64,000 nt of DNA from Antedon mediterranea (Eukaryota > Animalia > Echinodermata), in NCBI RefSeq assembly GCF_964355755.1, contig NC_092678.1, positions 13,204,352 to 13,268,351 of the forward strand, written 5' to 3'. The notes beneath the pieces were generated by a model. The model was not told where the DNA came from, did not search any database, and worked only from the letters and a program-made list of their open reading frames with translations. A program made the translations under genes and the position numbers. Positions 38,961 through 50,269 of this stretch are shown piece after piece (position 1 is the first letter of the stretch; every line of letters begins with the position of its first letter).

Positions 38961-39285
38961 ATGCGTCCTGAAAACCATTGGATTAGATTATATTTCAATT
39001 GTAGCTTAAATTATCAAGATATTATTGAGATGTTAGCAGAAGATCATGATATTTTGATAAGTAAACGGACATTAAAGCGAAGACTGAAAAAATGTGCCTT
39101 AGTCGAAGAAAACGGCATTCTGACGAACTGGAAGCCAATTACAGACGTCAGGGATGCTACATGGGTACAGGTGGATGCACATTCGTTGCACAAAAAATGG
39201 GTTAAACATAGATAAAGAGACGGTCAAATAATTTTAAACCTTCTTGACCCAGAGGGTGTCGAAGCAAGGAGACGACGACTACACG
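38961..39285 (+). pseudogene. N-terminal fragment of a eukaryotic IS3/IS481-like integrase-core transposase (HTH region)
   Basis: WIRLYF..LNYQDIIEMLAEDHDILISKRTLKRRL, then frameshifted SGMLHGYRWMH...LLDPEGVEARRRRL. It is preceded by an AATTCG-rich palindromic repeat block (38745-38885) typical of a transposon end. Confidence 0.6.
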
Positions 39286-39572
39286 TCACAGAAGAAAAAA
39301 ATTAGGTACCCCCAAACAGGGCTCGAAACGAAACGATACAATACCGTATTTCCTTACAGTTATATAATATAGCCCTTCGAGAGAGAAACAAGGTTGTGTT
39401 TATTCACGAACAAACTTTACCTTGAAGAACTATACCGCTATACCATATTTGTAATTCCTTGTACCAAAACGAAAATATGCTAATAAGAGCGATGAAAGGG
39501 TAAATGGTAGACGAAAAAAGTATACATTTTTTATTTCATAATGTTTAACATTTTTATTTCTATGCATTTTAG

Positions 39573-39823
39573 ATAAAAAGACCAAGATATCCCTTGGAGA
39601 CTTCCTAACATTTGTTACCGGTGCTGACTCAATTCCCCCTCTTGGTTTTAGCAACCAGATACATATAAATGTTTTTAGTAAGGAGCGAAAGATGAGAGGT
39701 TACCCGACAGCCAGTACATGTGGGTTGAATTTACACCTCCCCCGTGGAAATGACGATCCATTGGAATTCACAACTCTAATGGAGGAATCCATCATAAATG
39801 GCAAGGGTTTTAGAAAAATTTAA
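39573..39823 (+). CDS. Terminal exon encoding a HECT E3 ligase C-lobe (G2E3-like), probably relic
   Basis: After a polypyrimidine AG it reads ISLGDFLTFVTGADSIPPLGF...YPTASTCGLNLHLP...ESIINGKGFRKI*. The catalytic Cys lies in PTASTC. Confidence 0.75.
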
Positions 39824-40248
39824 AGATGTATTGTCCCCCAAAATCTTGAAGAATAAAAGATTTTTTAAATCGGACTTTGAATAGGCCATTTTGCAGTTTT
39901 AATGAAGTTGTTTCCATAAGTAAAAAAACGAGAAACAAATTATTTCACCTTTAGAAAAAAAAAACAGTTAAACAGTTAAATTACCCCAAACTCATTGTCT
40001 TCCAGCCAGTTTGACCATTCATTTGCTTTAAATTACAGTTTTCTTAGATAAATATTTTTTTTTCAGACCCATTTTTTTGTGAAAGTGAATAACTATTATG
40101 TGACATTAAAATAACATATTCAACAAAACAATTAAAAAAATATTTTTTTCAGGGGGACAATATATCTTTAAATTCTTATCAAGTTTTAGTAGCCAACAGT
40201 TTTGTAATTGTTTCAGAAATAAAATACTGTTATTAAAGTTTCAATAAA

Positions 40249-41982
40249 ATGTGGAAGGATGCCACAATTTCCCCTATCCCAAAGACTACCCCTGCCTCAA
40301 TCTCTACATTAAGACCAATATCTTTGACATCGATTCTTGCGAAGGTATGCGAGGGATTTGTTTCCAACTGGGTTATGGAAGATATAGGTAAGGAAATTGA
40401 TCGTAACCAATATGGTGGCATAAAAGGATCATCCACTGCCCATTGTCTTATTGAAATACTTGATTTGTTTTTTAAAGGTACAGACAATGGTAAGAATGTT
40501 GGGACCCTTATTGTGACGGACTTCTCCAAGGCGTTTGACTGTATCGATCATACTTTAGCTATTCAGAGACTCTTCGAGCTTGGTGTCAGAAGCGAGTTAC
40601 TGCCATGGATAACAAACTTTCTTACATCTCGTCGCCAACGAGTGCAATACCACTCTGCCTTGTCACGGTGGGAGACGCTTTCCTGTGGCGTCCCACAAGG
40701 CACCAAGCTAGGCCCCATAATCTTCATGGTAGTTATCAATAATGCCTCTGAGGAGTCTCTGGCTAAAAGCTTTAAGTATGTTGATGACCTCAGCCTTGTA
40801 GAAGTTCGTCCCGCAAATCAACCCAGCCAGATTGGAGTGGATGTTCAGGATCTGGATGCTTGGGCAACGGAAAACCGTCTCGAGCTCAACCCCAGTAAGT
40901 GCAAGGCTATGCAGGTTTGTTTTATGAAGGAACCGCCTAACCTTCCTCACCTTCAAATCGCTGGGGTGGAGCTCGAGGTGGTGTCTGAGACCAGGCTTCT
41001 GGGCCTGACTGTCCAGTCCAATATTGGCTGGCAGTCCCACCTTAATGATATTATTAGTAAAAGTAGTCGACGACTATACATGCTATCACGTCTCAAACGG
41101 TTTGGTGTCCCGACTGAAGATTTGATCTCCGTGTATACGTGTTATGTTCGCCCAATAAGTGAGTACGCTGTCCCGGTTTGGCATAGCAGTATAACCAAGG
41201 AACAGAACTACCAATTGGAGCGAATCCAAAAGAGAGCATGCCGCATTATCGTGGGTGCGGATTACGTATCATACACGGAATCACTGAAGCAGTTGGGACT
41301 CCATACCATGACTGAGAGACGTTACCAACTTTGCAGTGAATTTGCAAAGAAATGTGCTAATGCGTATAAAAATGCTGAGTGGTTTCCGAGAAATATGAGT
41401 ACGCATAATATGGCCTTACGGAAAAGTAATACATACCGGGTCCCCAAAAATAAGACAAATAGATATGGAAACAGTGCAATCCCGTTTCTCACTCGCTGCC
41501 TCAACAGTATTGATTAAATAATAAAAGAAAATAAATGTATAATGTAACCAAATATTAATTAATTGGACATATTGGCCTAGTAGAAATTTCTGAATTTGAC
41601 TCAATTTATTCTTAATTCTCATTTAATTTTGTATTTTATGTTTTTGTAAATGTATAATTGTAATTATTTAATTGTCTGAAGTCGACTGATGTAAACCTTA
41701 ATTAAGAAATCAATGTAAATACTGCAACTTAAATTTAAGATTATATTTTTATACTATAATTAAGTAATAATGTATACACTATATCCTTGCAATAAGACTA
41801 TATTTTTAAAACTTTATGTTTACATTTTCATATATTTTGTAATTGCGATAATTTTGTTTAATGATGACTCTTACTTTACTTGTCTTTTGAATGTATATTG
41901 TCCCTTACCATGCAATTCAGCAGATCTGCTGCCAATTGGTTTGTTTTTAATAAAGAAAGAACAAAATAAAAATAAAATAAAC
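40249..41982 (+). mobile_element. 5'-truncated LINE (CR1/L2 group) with an uninterrupted 422-aa RT fragment
   Basis: LRPISLTS, DFSKAFD, GVPQGTKLGP, YVDD and LERIQKRACRII motifs; 3' UTR with an A-rich tail at ~41950-41982. Confidence 0.9.
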
Positions 41983-42225
41983 TAAATATTGTTGTTAAAT
42001 TACATCTGTTTTACTGTATTGTACAGCTACATAACACAATTCTGTCTGATCATCACCAACTGAACATAATACTATAAATACAATTGTTTATATTGTATTC
42101 ATTACATGTGTTCGTTGCAATTGTTCTAACTTTGTATGGAAATACTATCACAGCGACAATTAATTAATAACAAAAACGATTTATAAAATGATAATGTGAT
42201 ATCAAATGCTTGCTGTGGCATTTGA

Positions 42226-42590
42226 TTAGATGACGTCAAGAAACATATTTCTAAGACTGCTGTATAACTGCAAACCTTCATCACATGTTTTCGGCATTGA
42301 TAGCTGCCATTCTTCCAAAAATATGGAACATAAGTCGAACACGTCCTTATCGCATGTAATCTGGCTTTTGAAGATGGATTCACTTTCACAAACTTCAACT
42401 TTAGCCACATCAACGAGAATAATACACTCTTGTCCCCCGAATAAGTATGGTACATTGTACATCAATTTCGGGCGTCCAAACGGACCATGGCTATTTCTCG
42501 ATTTTGAGATGCGATGGGCATTCCACTCATTTGCAACCGTGTCCAGTTCATCCTTTAAAAAAGGCAAATATAATACAGTACAGTAAAAAA
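42226..42590 (-). pseudogene. C-terminal exon of an integrase-core transposase family protein (same family as 38961)
   Basis: FLKDELDTVANEWNAHRISKS....GRPKLMY..P.LFG motif. Confidence 0.55.
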
Positions 42591-43074
42591 ACAAATAGTT
42601 TAATGACAGTTTAGACCGTGAAAAAAAACAATATCGTAAATAAAAGAGGAGTGATTTAATTATAGGCTAATATTGTTTGCTTTTCAAATTGTTGCGAAAG
42701 CCCTAATTATTATTATAATTGTCGTACTTGGGGACTATAATACATAGCACACAATGTAATTGTTGTATTGCTTACCTGGATAATTTTCATAAAACAACAT
42801 AAACCACGATTTATCTAATTTTGCCCTTACGTAAATTTATATATAGATTGTAATAATGTATAAATTTTTCTTAACTACCTACCCGGCTTCAAAATACTTT
42901 CTGGGTTTTGACTCTTTATTTATAAATTGTTATCTTGTTTACTTTGAAAGAGAAATAAATAAATGTTATTATGAATGAATGAATATAAAGTTACCTTATG
43001 GACGATTTCTTTCTGAAACTAGTATGAAATATATCATTAAAGCACTGTCTATTAAAAGATACATCACAGTAACA

Positions 43075-45728
43075 TTTTTTTTCTCTTTTAACCCACTTTT
43101 ATTGCAATGATAAACAATATGGTGAAGGTTACATTATATATGTCTATCTATCTATTTATCAATGAGTATTTAAGTGATATTACACAGACAGAGGTTAAAA
43201 GATTATATAAAATATGTTGATATTGTGTTGAAATCTAGATAAAACAAACATGTCTACAGAGAAAATTTATATTACAGAAATAAAAAAGATATAAAGATTG
43301 ATATTCAGTATTAAAAAGAGATTTGATATAATATAAATATATATGATAAAATGGTATATTGCATTATAAGATTATGTTTTGTTTGAATGCTTTTATAAAA
43401 TTGTATAGTTTTACATTTTGAACATAATATTGCTTTTATTATTTATATGATAAAATAACAAACTAATAAATATTGCAAAGCTAAACCCAAACCGAAGTAT
43501 GGGGATACGCCCTCGTCGCTAGCCATGTTTATTTTAATAGTTCTAGTTTAAATCCTGGCTAGCACCAGTTGCGTCTCGGTCATCCCAGACTCGGGCGCCT
43601 CCTAGAAAACAATAATATAATAATGATGGTAAATTAACAATTGATCGAAATCAAGAAAATTTACTGTATACCGTACATTTATGTTTATTCTTGTGTATTT
43701 TTTAATTAAATTTTTAGATAATTGATTCAAGGAGTTTTTCTTTAACGTCGTTCCATTTTCTTTCTGCTTTATTTAGATTACATAAGTATTCGTTTGAAAT
43801 TAAATTTTTTAGTTCTATCTTAAATAAATTCCAAGTGATAATCCGTTTGCTTGTTTTATAAATAATGCAAGATTTGTAAATACTAAATGTAAATAGAGAG
43901 ATGAGTTCATTAACAAGCGTGTTCTGAGTTCCTCAAACTATGTCTGACCATTCTGGGAAACTTGGCCGTAATGTTTCATTAGTCGGAATACATTTAACGA
44001 TCAGTTTACGGAACTTCGTTAAAACAGATTGAATGTTATTACAGGTGTACAACATATGTTTTTCACTTTCTCTTTCTATACAACACTTTTCGCAACCATC
44101 ACTTTCATTAAGTTTCCACTTCTTTAAGTTTTTTCTACAAGCTAAGATACGATGTAATAATTTAAAATTAAATTGGGCGATTTTTGGTAAATGTTTCATA
44201 TTGTGAACTTTACAGTACCATGTCTTGTCCCAGTCTATTTCATTTTTACCTAACTCAACTTCCCACTTTGCTTGTATATTTAGGATTTTAGCAACCTTGC
44301 TAACAAAAAGGGTATAATGAAAAGATGCCTTGTGTTTTTTATGAAATACGGTTTCTTTGACTTGCAGGTTAATTTGATTATTTTCTATTGAATTAAAGAT
44401 GATTTCTTTCCACAAACATGGAATTGAATACAAGAGCGCAAAATATTCGATAAGTCCTTTTTGTTTATTGCTTAAAGTAGGTATCACTTCATCTGAAGTT
44501 AGAAATCTGTTATTAACGATAATGTCACATACCGATTTGTATTTGGAATGTAGCCATATTTTAAAATAAAGAGATTTTCAACTTACGGAAATTATATATT
44601 TATTTTCCCAAAGTGGGTTGTTTTAAAATGTCTTCTATATTTTGTGGAACTACACTAACAATATTATTCAACTTAATCGCTGATTTTAACATTGATACAT
44701 AAAAATCAGGCATTCTATTCAAGTCAATATGATCTTCAAAGTTAAGCTGAGTAGCACCTATAGTGTATACTATTGGATACATAAAGTATTTCGGAATATT
44801 TTTCCATTTTCCTGGATCGGGACTGAGTAATCTTTTTATCCATGTTAGTTTTAATGAATCTATTACGGAGTTGAAATTTTTCATATTCAAGCCACCTTCG
44901 CATGCTTTTTTAATAATTTGTTCACGTTGAGCATTCCACAGAAAATTATAAAGTATTTTTCAACAAGTGGAATTATATGTAAGGGTACGTTAATTATGCT
45001 TGTGTTATAAATAAATTTAGAGATTGCAAGCGTTTTGATGATTGTTATTCTTCCAAAGAAAGTTAGATTTCTTTTTTTCCATAACTGAAGAACGTTTTGT
45101 AGTTCAATAACTTTTTCGTCCCAGTTTTTGTTATTACATATATCTTTATCATAGCCTACGTATATTCCCAAAAATTTGATTGGTTCTTGTGTCCATGTGA
45201 TATTGAAAGGGGTATCATTACAGTCCTTCTTTGAACCTATCCACATCCCTTTGGTTTTATTTTTATTTAATTTTAGGCTGGATATTTTACAAAATCGTTC
45301 AATTTCATGAAAGAAATATTTTAAACTCGTTTCTTCTCTTGTAAAAATGACTGTGTCATCTGCTAATTGAGCAATTTTTACAGTGTTCTCATGAACGTTT
45401 TCTGTTCTTGGTAGAACAATCCCTTTACATTTTGGATTATTCCTAATGCTTATAGCCATTATTTCTACCGCAAGTATAAAAGTAAAGCGGATAATGGGCA
45501 TCCTTGTCTTACACCACGTTCCATACTAAACTTTCGGATACCCATCCGTTATTTGTCACCATACATTTTGTATTAGTGTATATTAAATTTATCCACTTAA
45601 TAAATGATTTCCTAAAGCCAAACTTTTTTAGGGCTTTGAACAAAAAAATTCTATCAAGCGAGTCAAAGGCTTTCGCAAAGTCTAGAAAGATTATAGCACC
45701 AGCTTTATTATTATTTTCTGTGTAGGAT
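43075..45728 (-). mobile_element. Tx1/L1-clade LINE, 3' part (RT C-terminal half, CCHC zinc finger, 3' UTR, A tail), frameshifted
   Basis: FLDFAKAFD, GVRQGCPLS, QLADD, KTLAISKF and CEKC...ESEKHMLYTC motifs; AATAAA and an A-run at ~43100-43075. Confidence 0.9.
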
Positions 45729-46044
45729 AGTAGTAAAAGTGGGACTTCAGACAGAAAATGACCTTGGTGTATTTCCTGATTACGTAATTTCCGCCAGGTG
45801 GGTCTAATGAAGGTCATTCATTTCCTGTTATTGTAATAGTTATGTAATTTCCGCCAGGTGTTTCTAATGAAGGTCGTTCTTTTCCTGTTATTGTAATAGT
45901 TATGTAATTTCCGCCAGGTGTTTCTAATGAAGGTCGTTCTTTTTTTGGTTTTGTACTAGTTATGTAATTTCCGCCAGGTGTTTCTAATGAAGGTCGTTCT
46001 TTTCCTGTTATTGTAATAGTTATTTTATTTCCGCCAGGTGTTTC
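45729..46044 (+). repeat. Left TIR with internal 60-bp tandem repeats
   Basis: AGTAGT start followed by ~4.5 copies of TATGTAATTTCCGCCAGGTGTTTCTAATGAAGGTCGTTCTTTTCCTGTTATTGTAATAGT. Confidence 0.92.
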
Positions 46045-46215
46045 TTTGTCTCTTATTTATTAATTTTTCGGCGCGAGGTTCTGGTACGTGGTGAGTGACG
46101 TCATTACTTTATTTATGATTTAAGACGGTGAAACAAAGTGAAGCAGTTATTGTTGTACTATTCTCCAGTTGTTTTGTCTATTTTTGCGTAGAGTATCTCT
46201 TTACAGTATTTCATT

Positions 46216-46770
46216 ATGTCTGGAAGTATATATTTTTCGCAATGGAGTTGTGCAGATACTGTTATAATAATTAGCGATGATGAGGAGACTGTTGTTGTTC
46301 CAGGCAGTGATATAGATGATCGTTACATGGCGGCCGAAGAGGTTATCCCCGCCGGTATAGATGAAGGAGTCGAGAGGAGTAATAGGCCTACAAGTTGTAT
46401 ATTTACGTACGTGAACGAGGTGGAGAGAGAATTTTTGTTGAAAATGGAGCGTTTGGTTAAACAATTGTTTGCTGCTCAAGTGTTAGCCAAGTGTTGGGTT
46501 TTAAGTAAAGCGGCTTGTTGTGGTTGTGAATTTGACAAGAGCAGTCAAAAAGATCATGATTTCTGTTGTATGAAGTCTCTAGAAGAACAGATTGACTATT
46601 TTTATCGGGAGGTTCTGGATAAGAAGTATGTTTCACCCGATACCGTTTACAACGAACTTAATATGCACGGAGAATATTCATTGCCTCGGTATAGACATTT
46701 CGTTTATTTTCTTGTCAATACCCTGATTAATTCAGAGGCTATTTTTAAGCTGTTGTGCGAGGATATTTAA
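46216..46770 (+). CDS. Polinton accessory protein, acidic N-terminus with a Cys/His cluster, function unknown
   Basis: Intact 184-aa ORF containing CCGCEFDKSSQKDHDFCC. Confidence 0.65.
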   Translation: MSGSIYFSQWSCADTVIIISDDEETVVVPGSDIDDRYMAAEEVIPAGIDEGVERSNRPTSCIFTYVNEVEREFLLKMERLVKQLFAAQVLAKCWVLSKAACCGCEFDKSSQKDHDFCCMKSLEEQIDYFYREVLDKKYVSPDTVYNELNMHGEYSLPRYRHFVYFLVNTLINSEAIFKLLCEDI

Positions 46771-46959
46771 ATTGTGTTTCGCACGTGTCACGGAAACGAA
46801 TGACCGGAAATAACAATCATTATCTTTTTAATCACTTTAATGGGCTACTTCCCTTACTGAGATGCATATATATCGGAGCTGATTCAAACGTAATCATTCA
46901 GAACTGGCACTCGTCTCACTCTCTCTACCTCTCTCCATTTCAGTTAAACGTTATTAGCC

Positions 46960-47706
46960 ATGCATTGTTTACCTACTCCAAAAGTAGCCATCGGCGAGAA
47001 GGCCCGCAGGGCTATGAAAAGAGTTATGGGGAGTTCTAACGGTCAAGCTGACGTCTGCAGCAGTTTAAAATTACCAAAGATGGCTTCTACATGGGCGAAT
47101 ATATTGGACCCGAGAAAGCCTTTTAACGGTCAAACTGACGACTGTAAAGGTTTTAAAAAACCAATGATGCCGTCTACTCAACCAAAGATTACCGTAACAT
47201 CAACGAATCGGATTTTTCTGTCTGAAAAACGTCATGTGGTGGCTCAACGATGGGGTGAAGTTGTTTCTGTTTGCCTCAGAGAGTATTACCAGACGAAAGA
47301 AAATGGTGTCTACAAACCTGGTCCTCTAGGTATTAATTTACCCGTTCTGCTGTGGCAAAAACTTTTCAACAACATTGATATAATTCTCCAGGCTCTAGAA
47401 GACTTACAAAGAGACATTAACATGGGGGTGGCGTTAAGAATCCCTCTTTCTGACTCACCGATAATACATGCGGTAGTAAGTAGCTGGAAAGAAGAGCAGT
47501 TTGTGTGTATTCGCCGCTATTACCAATCTGAAGAAGGAGGCAAGTTTAAACCCGGTAAAAAAGGTGTAAACCTTCCAAAGAGTCAATGGTTCAAGATAAT
47601 TGAAAAACACGGGGAAATACAGAAGATGATTGAGGAGGTTACCGACAATGTTGGTGTTGACGAAAACGACAATGGAGGCCGTACACCATTGATGATGTTG
47701 AAATAA
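46960..47706 (+). CDS. Tandem PC4/Sub1 (p15 coactivator)-like ssDNA-binding protein
   Basis: Two units, VCLREYYQ...YKPGPLGINLP..LW and VCIRRYYQ...FKPGKKGVNLPKSQW, match the PC4 IREY...PG.KGI.L...QW motif. Confidence 0.8.
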   Translation: MHCLPTPKVAIGEKARRAMKRVMGSSNGQADVCSSLKLPKMASTWANILDPRKPFNGQTDDCKGFKKPMMPSTQPKITVTSTNRIFLSEKRHVVAQRWGEVVSVCLREYYQTKENGVYKPGPLGINLPVLLWQKLFNNIDIILQALEDLQRDINMGVALRIPLSDSPIIHAVVSSWKEEQFVCIRRYYQSEEGGKFKPGKKGVNLPKSQWFKIIEKHGEIQKMIEEVTDNVGVDENDNGGRTPLMMLK

Positions 47707-48014
47707 CTTTTTTTTTAACGAACTCTAAATCTAAATATTTTGTTTATCGATGTATCTGTATTTGCAATTTTACTGGTATTCTTTGTATTTTCACGATTAA
47801 TCTAAATATTTTTTTCTCGTACATTAACTTAAACTTATGTTTAATCCAGATTTATACAAACTAAAATTCCAATCGTTGTACTATATTTGATGTGTGTGTG
47901 CTGTGTTAATAAAAAATTGTTTTGAAAAATTACAAAAAAGTAGTTGTTATTCGTTTTTTTTAAAGTAATGTTGCAAGCGTGAGTGTTTCATTTCATCGAG
48001 TGAGAGAGTTAGTT

Positions 48015-49073
48015 ATGGACAGACTATTGACTGCTACGTACTACGACCCAAAAAATCCCGGTAGTTTCGGGGGTGTCGATCGACTTTACAACAACGTAAA
48101 AAATGACTCTAATATTTCAAAGACTGACGTTCAAGACTGGTTAGAAAAACAAGATACGTACACTCTACATAAACCTATTCAAAGACGATTTCAGAGAAAC
48201 AGGGTGTTTGTTACAGCTATTGACGAACAGTGGGAATTGGATCTCGTTGACTTGTCTTCTTTAAAAATGTATAATAAACAAAACACGTTTCTTATTACGT
48301 GTATAGACGTACTTAGTAAATATGCTTGGGTTTTACCTATAAAGAATAAGTCTGCCGATTCTATGCTTACTGCCATGAAAAAACTATTATCTGGAAAAAG
48401 AAAGCCATTAAAAATTCACACTGATAAAGGTACAGAGTTTACTAATCGTAAAGTTCAAGCGTACCTAAAAACGTTGACTATACATTTTTTCACTACCAAT
48501 AACGAAACAAAAGCTAGCGTCGTGGAAAGATTCAATAGATCGTTGAAAACTAGGATGTGGAGATACTTTACATCAAAAGCTACGCGAAAATATATAGACG
48601 TACTTCCAAAATTAGTATCGAGTTACAATAATTCTAAACATAGATCGTTTGGTACGAGACCCTCGCAGGTTACAAAAGATAACGAACATCAAGTTTGGAA
48701 AAATTTATACAAAAAGAAACAAAAGAAGCAAGTTCGCCCCAAATTCAAAAAGGGTAATAAAGTACGGATAAGTAGATACAAAATGCCTTTCGAGAAAGGG
48801 TACCTTGCAAATGGGACGGAGGAGATATTTAGGGTGCGTAAACGTATCGGTTCGGCGGTTCCCACGTATAAGCTGGAGGATTGGGACGGTGAAGGTCTGG
48901 AAGGTACTTTTTACGAAAAGGAATTGCAAAAAGTGTCCAAAAACGACAAGGATACGTATCGCGTGGAAGAAGTGCTAAAGAAAAGAAAACGAGGTGGGAA
49001 AACGGAATATTTCGTTAAGTGGCTAGGTTATCCGGTCAAGTTCAACAGTTGGGTTCAGAATATCGACCGGTAA
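48015..49073 (+). CDS. int: Retroviral-like (rve) integrase with a C-terminal chromodomain
   Basis: WELDLVD, CIDVLSKYAW, HTDKGTEF and VVERFNR (DDE triad); YFVKWLGYP...NSW chromodomain. The ORF is open. Confidence 0.95.
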   Translation: MDRLLTATYYDPKNPGSFGGVDRLYNNVKNDSNISKTDVQDWLEKQDTYTLHKPIQRRFQRNRVFVTAIDEQWELDLVDLSSLKMYNKQNTFLITCIDVLSKYAWVLPIKNKSADSMLTAMKKLLSGKRKPLKIHTDKGTEFTNRKVQAYLKTLTIHFFTTNNETKASVVERFNRSLKTRMWRYFTSKATRKYIDVLPKLVSSYNNSKHRSFGTRPSQVTKDNEHQVWKNLYKKKQKKQVRPKFKKGNKVRISRYKMPFEKGYLANGTEEIFRVRKRIGSAVPTYKLEDWDGEGLEGTFYEKELQKVSKNDKDTYRVEEVLKKRKRGGKTEYFVKWLGYPVKFNSWVQNIDR

Positions 49074-49078
49074 ACATC

Positions 49079-49855
49079 ATGGCTGCTCAGTTTTACGTCC
49101 TTTTACCTAGCAACAGTTCCATGAACTGTTTCCCCGAAAATACACTTACGAGCTACACGACCAAGCTGGCGGAGCCTATTCATTTGTACGGTGAATGGGA
49201 GGTTGGCTTAAGCGAAATGTATTATCCCCATACGTGGTATAACGTCGACGATACCAACAATAAATTGCTGGTGAATATAAACGGCATCGAATTAGAGGAA
49301 GAAAACTCGTCGACCGTAATAGCTATAGACCCTGGGTTTTATTCATCCGGAGGTAAAGTGATTGTTGCTCTTAACGAGGCTTTGACTTCAAAGTCGTTAC
49401 AGTCCAAAGTGAGATTTCGGTTCAGCTCAATTACAGAAGTGGTAAACGTAGAAACCGTCGCCGAAGCGTCAGTTACGCTATTTGATGGATTACCCACATT
49501 ACTCGGTATGGACAAATCATCGATTCCTCGAGGATCTAGTACGTACGGTTCAAGACCCGCGTACATTCACCACAGAGTGCCGACCTTGTTTTTGTATACC
49601 GATTTAATCGAATCTCAACGAGTTGGAGACGCGAGCGTTCCTATTTTGAAAACGTTACAAACCAGAGAATCAAACATGAAGAAAAATGTCGGACATTCGT
49701 TCTCTAGTCCTCAGTACAAACGGGTGGTGAAAAAAGATATCGATACCATCCTTATAGATATAAGAAACGACACGGGAGAAAAGGTATCATTTCAACGAGG
49801 AAGGGTTCTCGTTAAACTACATTTCAGACAAGCCAGATCATCGTATCTCGTCTAA
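49079..49855 (+). CDS. Minor capsid protein (penton)
   Basis: FYVLLPSNSS...PENT..SYTTKL...WEVGLSE and YTDLIE...VGD...PIL...VKLHFR, typical of Polinton minor capsid proteins. It directly follows the integrase. Confidence 0.8.
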   Translation: MAAQFYVLLPSNSSMNCFPENTLTSYTTKLAEPIHLYGEWEVGLSEMYYPHTWYNVDDTNNKLLVNINGIELEEENSSTVIAIDPGFYSSGGKVIVALNEALTSKSLQSKVRFRFSSITEVVNVETVAEASVTLFDGLPTLLGMDKSSIPRGSSTYGSRPAYIHHRVPTLFLYTDLIESQRVGDASVPILKTLQTRESNMKKNVGHSFSSPQYKRVVKKDIDTILIDIRNDTGEKVSFQRGRVLVKLHFRQARSSYLV

Positions 49856-49873
49856 AATAATAAGAATAAAATA

Positions 49874-50260
49874 ATGGGTGCAGATGATTACGTAGATTAC
49901 TACGTCAGACAGGCAGGGGGTGGCGATATACCGGTGTTCCAAGGATCATACAATCAAAGGGGATTCGGTTTGGGAGGTATCTTGTCCGGTCTCTTCAAAC
50001 AGGCTGTACCGATGCTAAAGAAAGGTGCAAAGGCTCTCGGAAAATAAGCGTTGCGCACGGGTGGTGAATTAGTGGGAGATGTTCTGAGCGGTAAAAACGT
50101 TAAACAAGCCGCTAAACGCAGATTTACTCAGGCAAGTCAGCGTATCGTTTCCCAAAAAGGTAACGGTCGGATGAATAAAAAGAGAAAGCGTAGACGTAAA
50201 GGCATCAGTCGATAGAACGCAAAGAGAGTAAGAAGATCCTCCGATATATTCGATATCTAA
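49874..50260 (+). pseudogene. Small basic virion core/membrane-active protein (QxGxG motifs), two premature stops
   Basis: MGADDYVDYYVRQAGGG...QRGFGLGGILSGLFKQAVPMLKKGAKALGK*ALRTG...QKGNG..KKRKRRRK..*..DIFDI*. TAA at 50045; missing from the ORF track. Confidence 0.75.
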
Positions 50261-50269
50261 AAAACAAAA

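Noticed and set aside
45509-45817. 102-aa ORF with an RT motif
   Set aside because: Chimeric: Polinton TIR sequence reads into the interrupted LINE RT.
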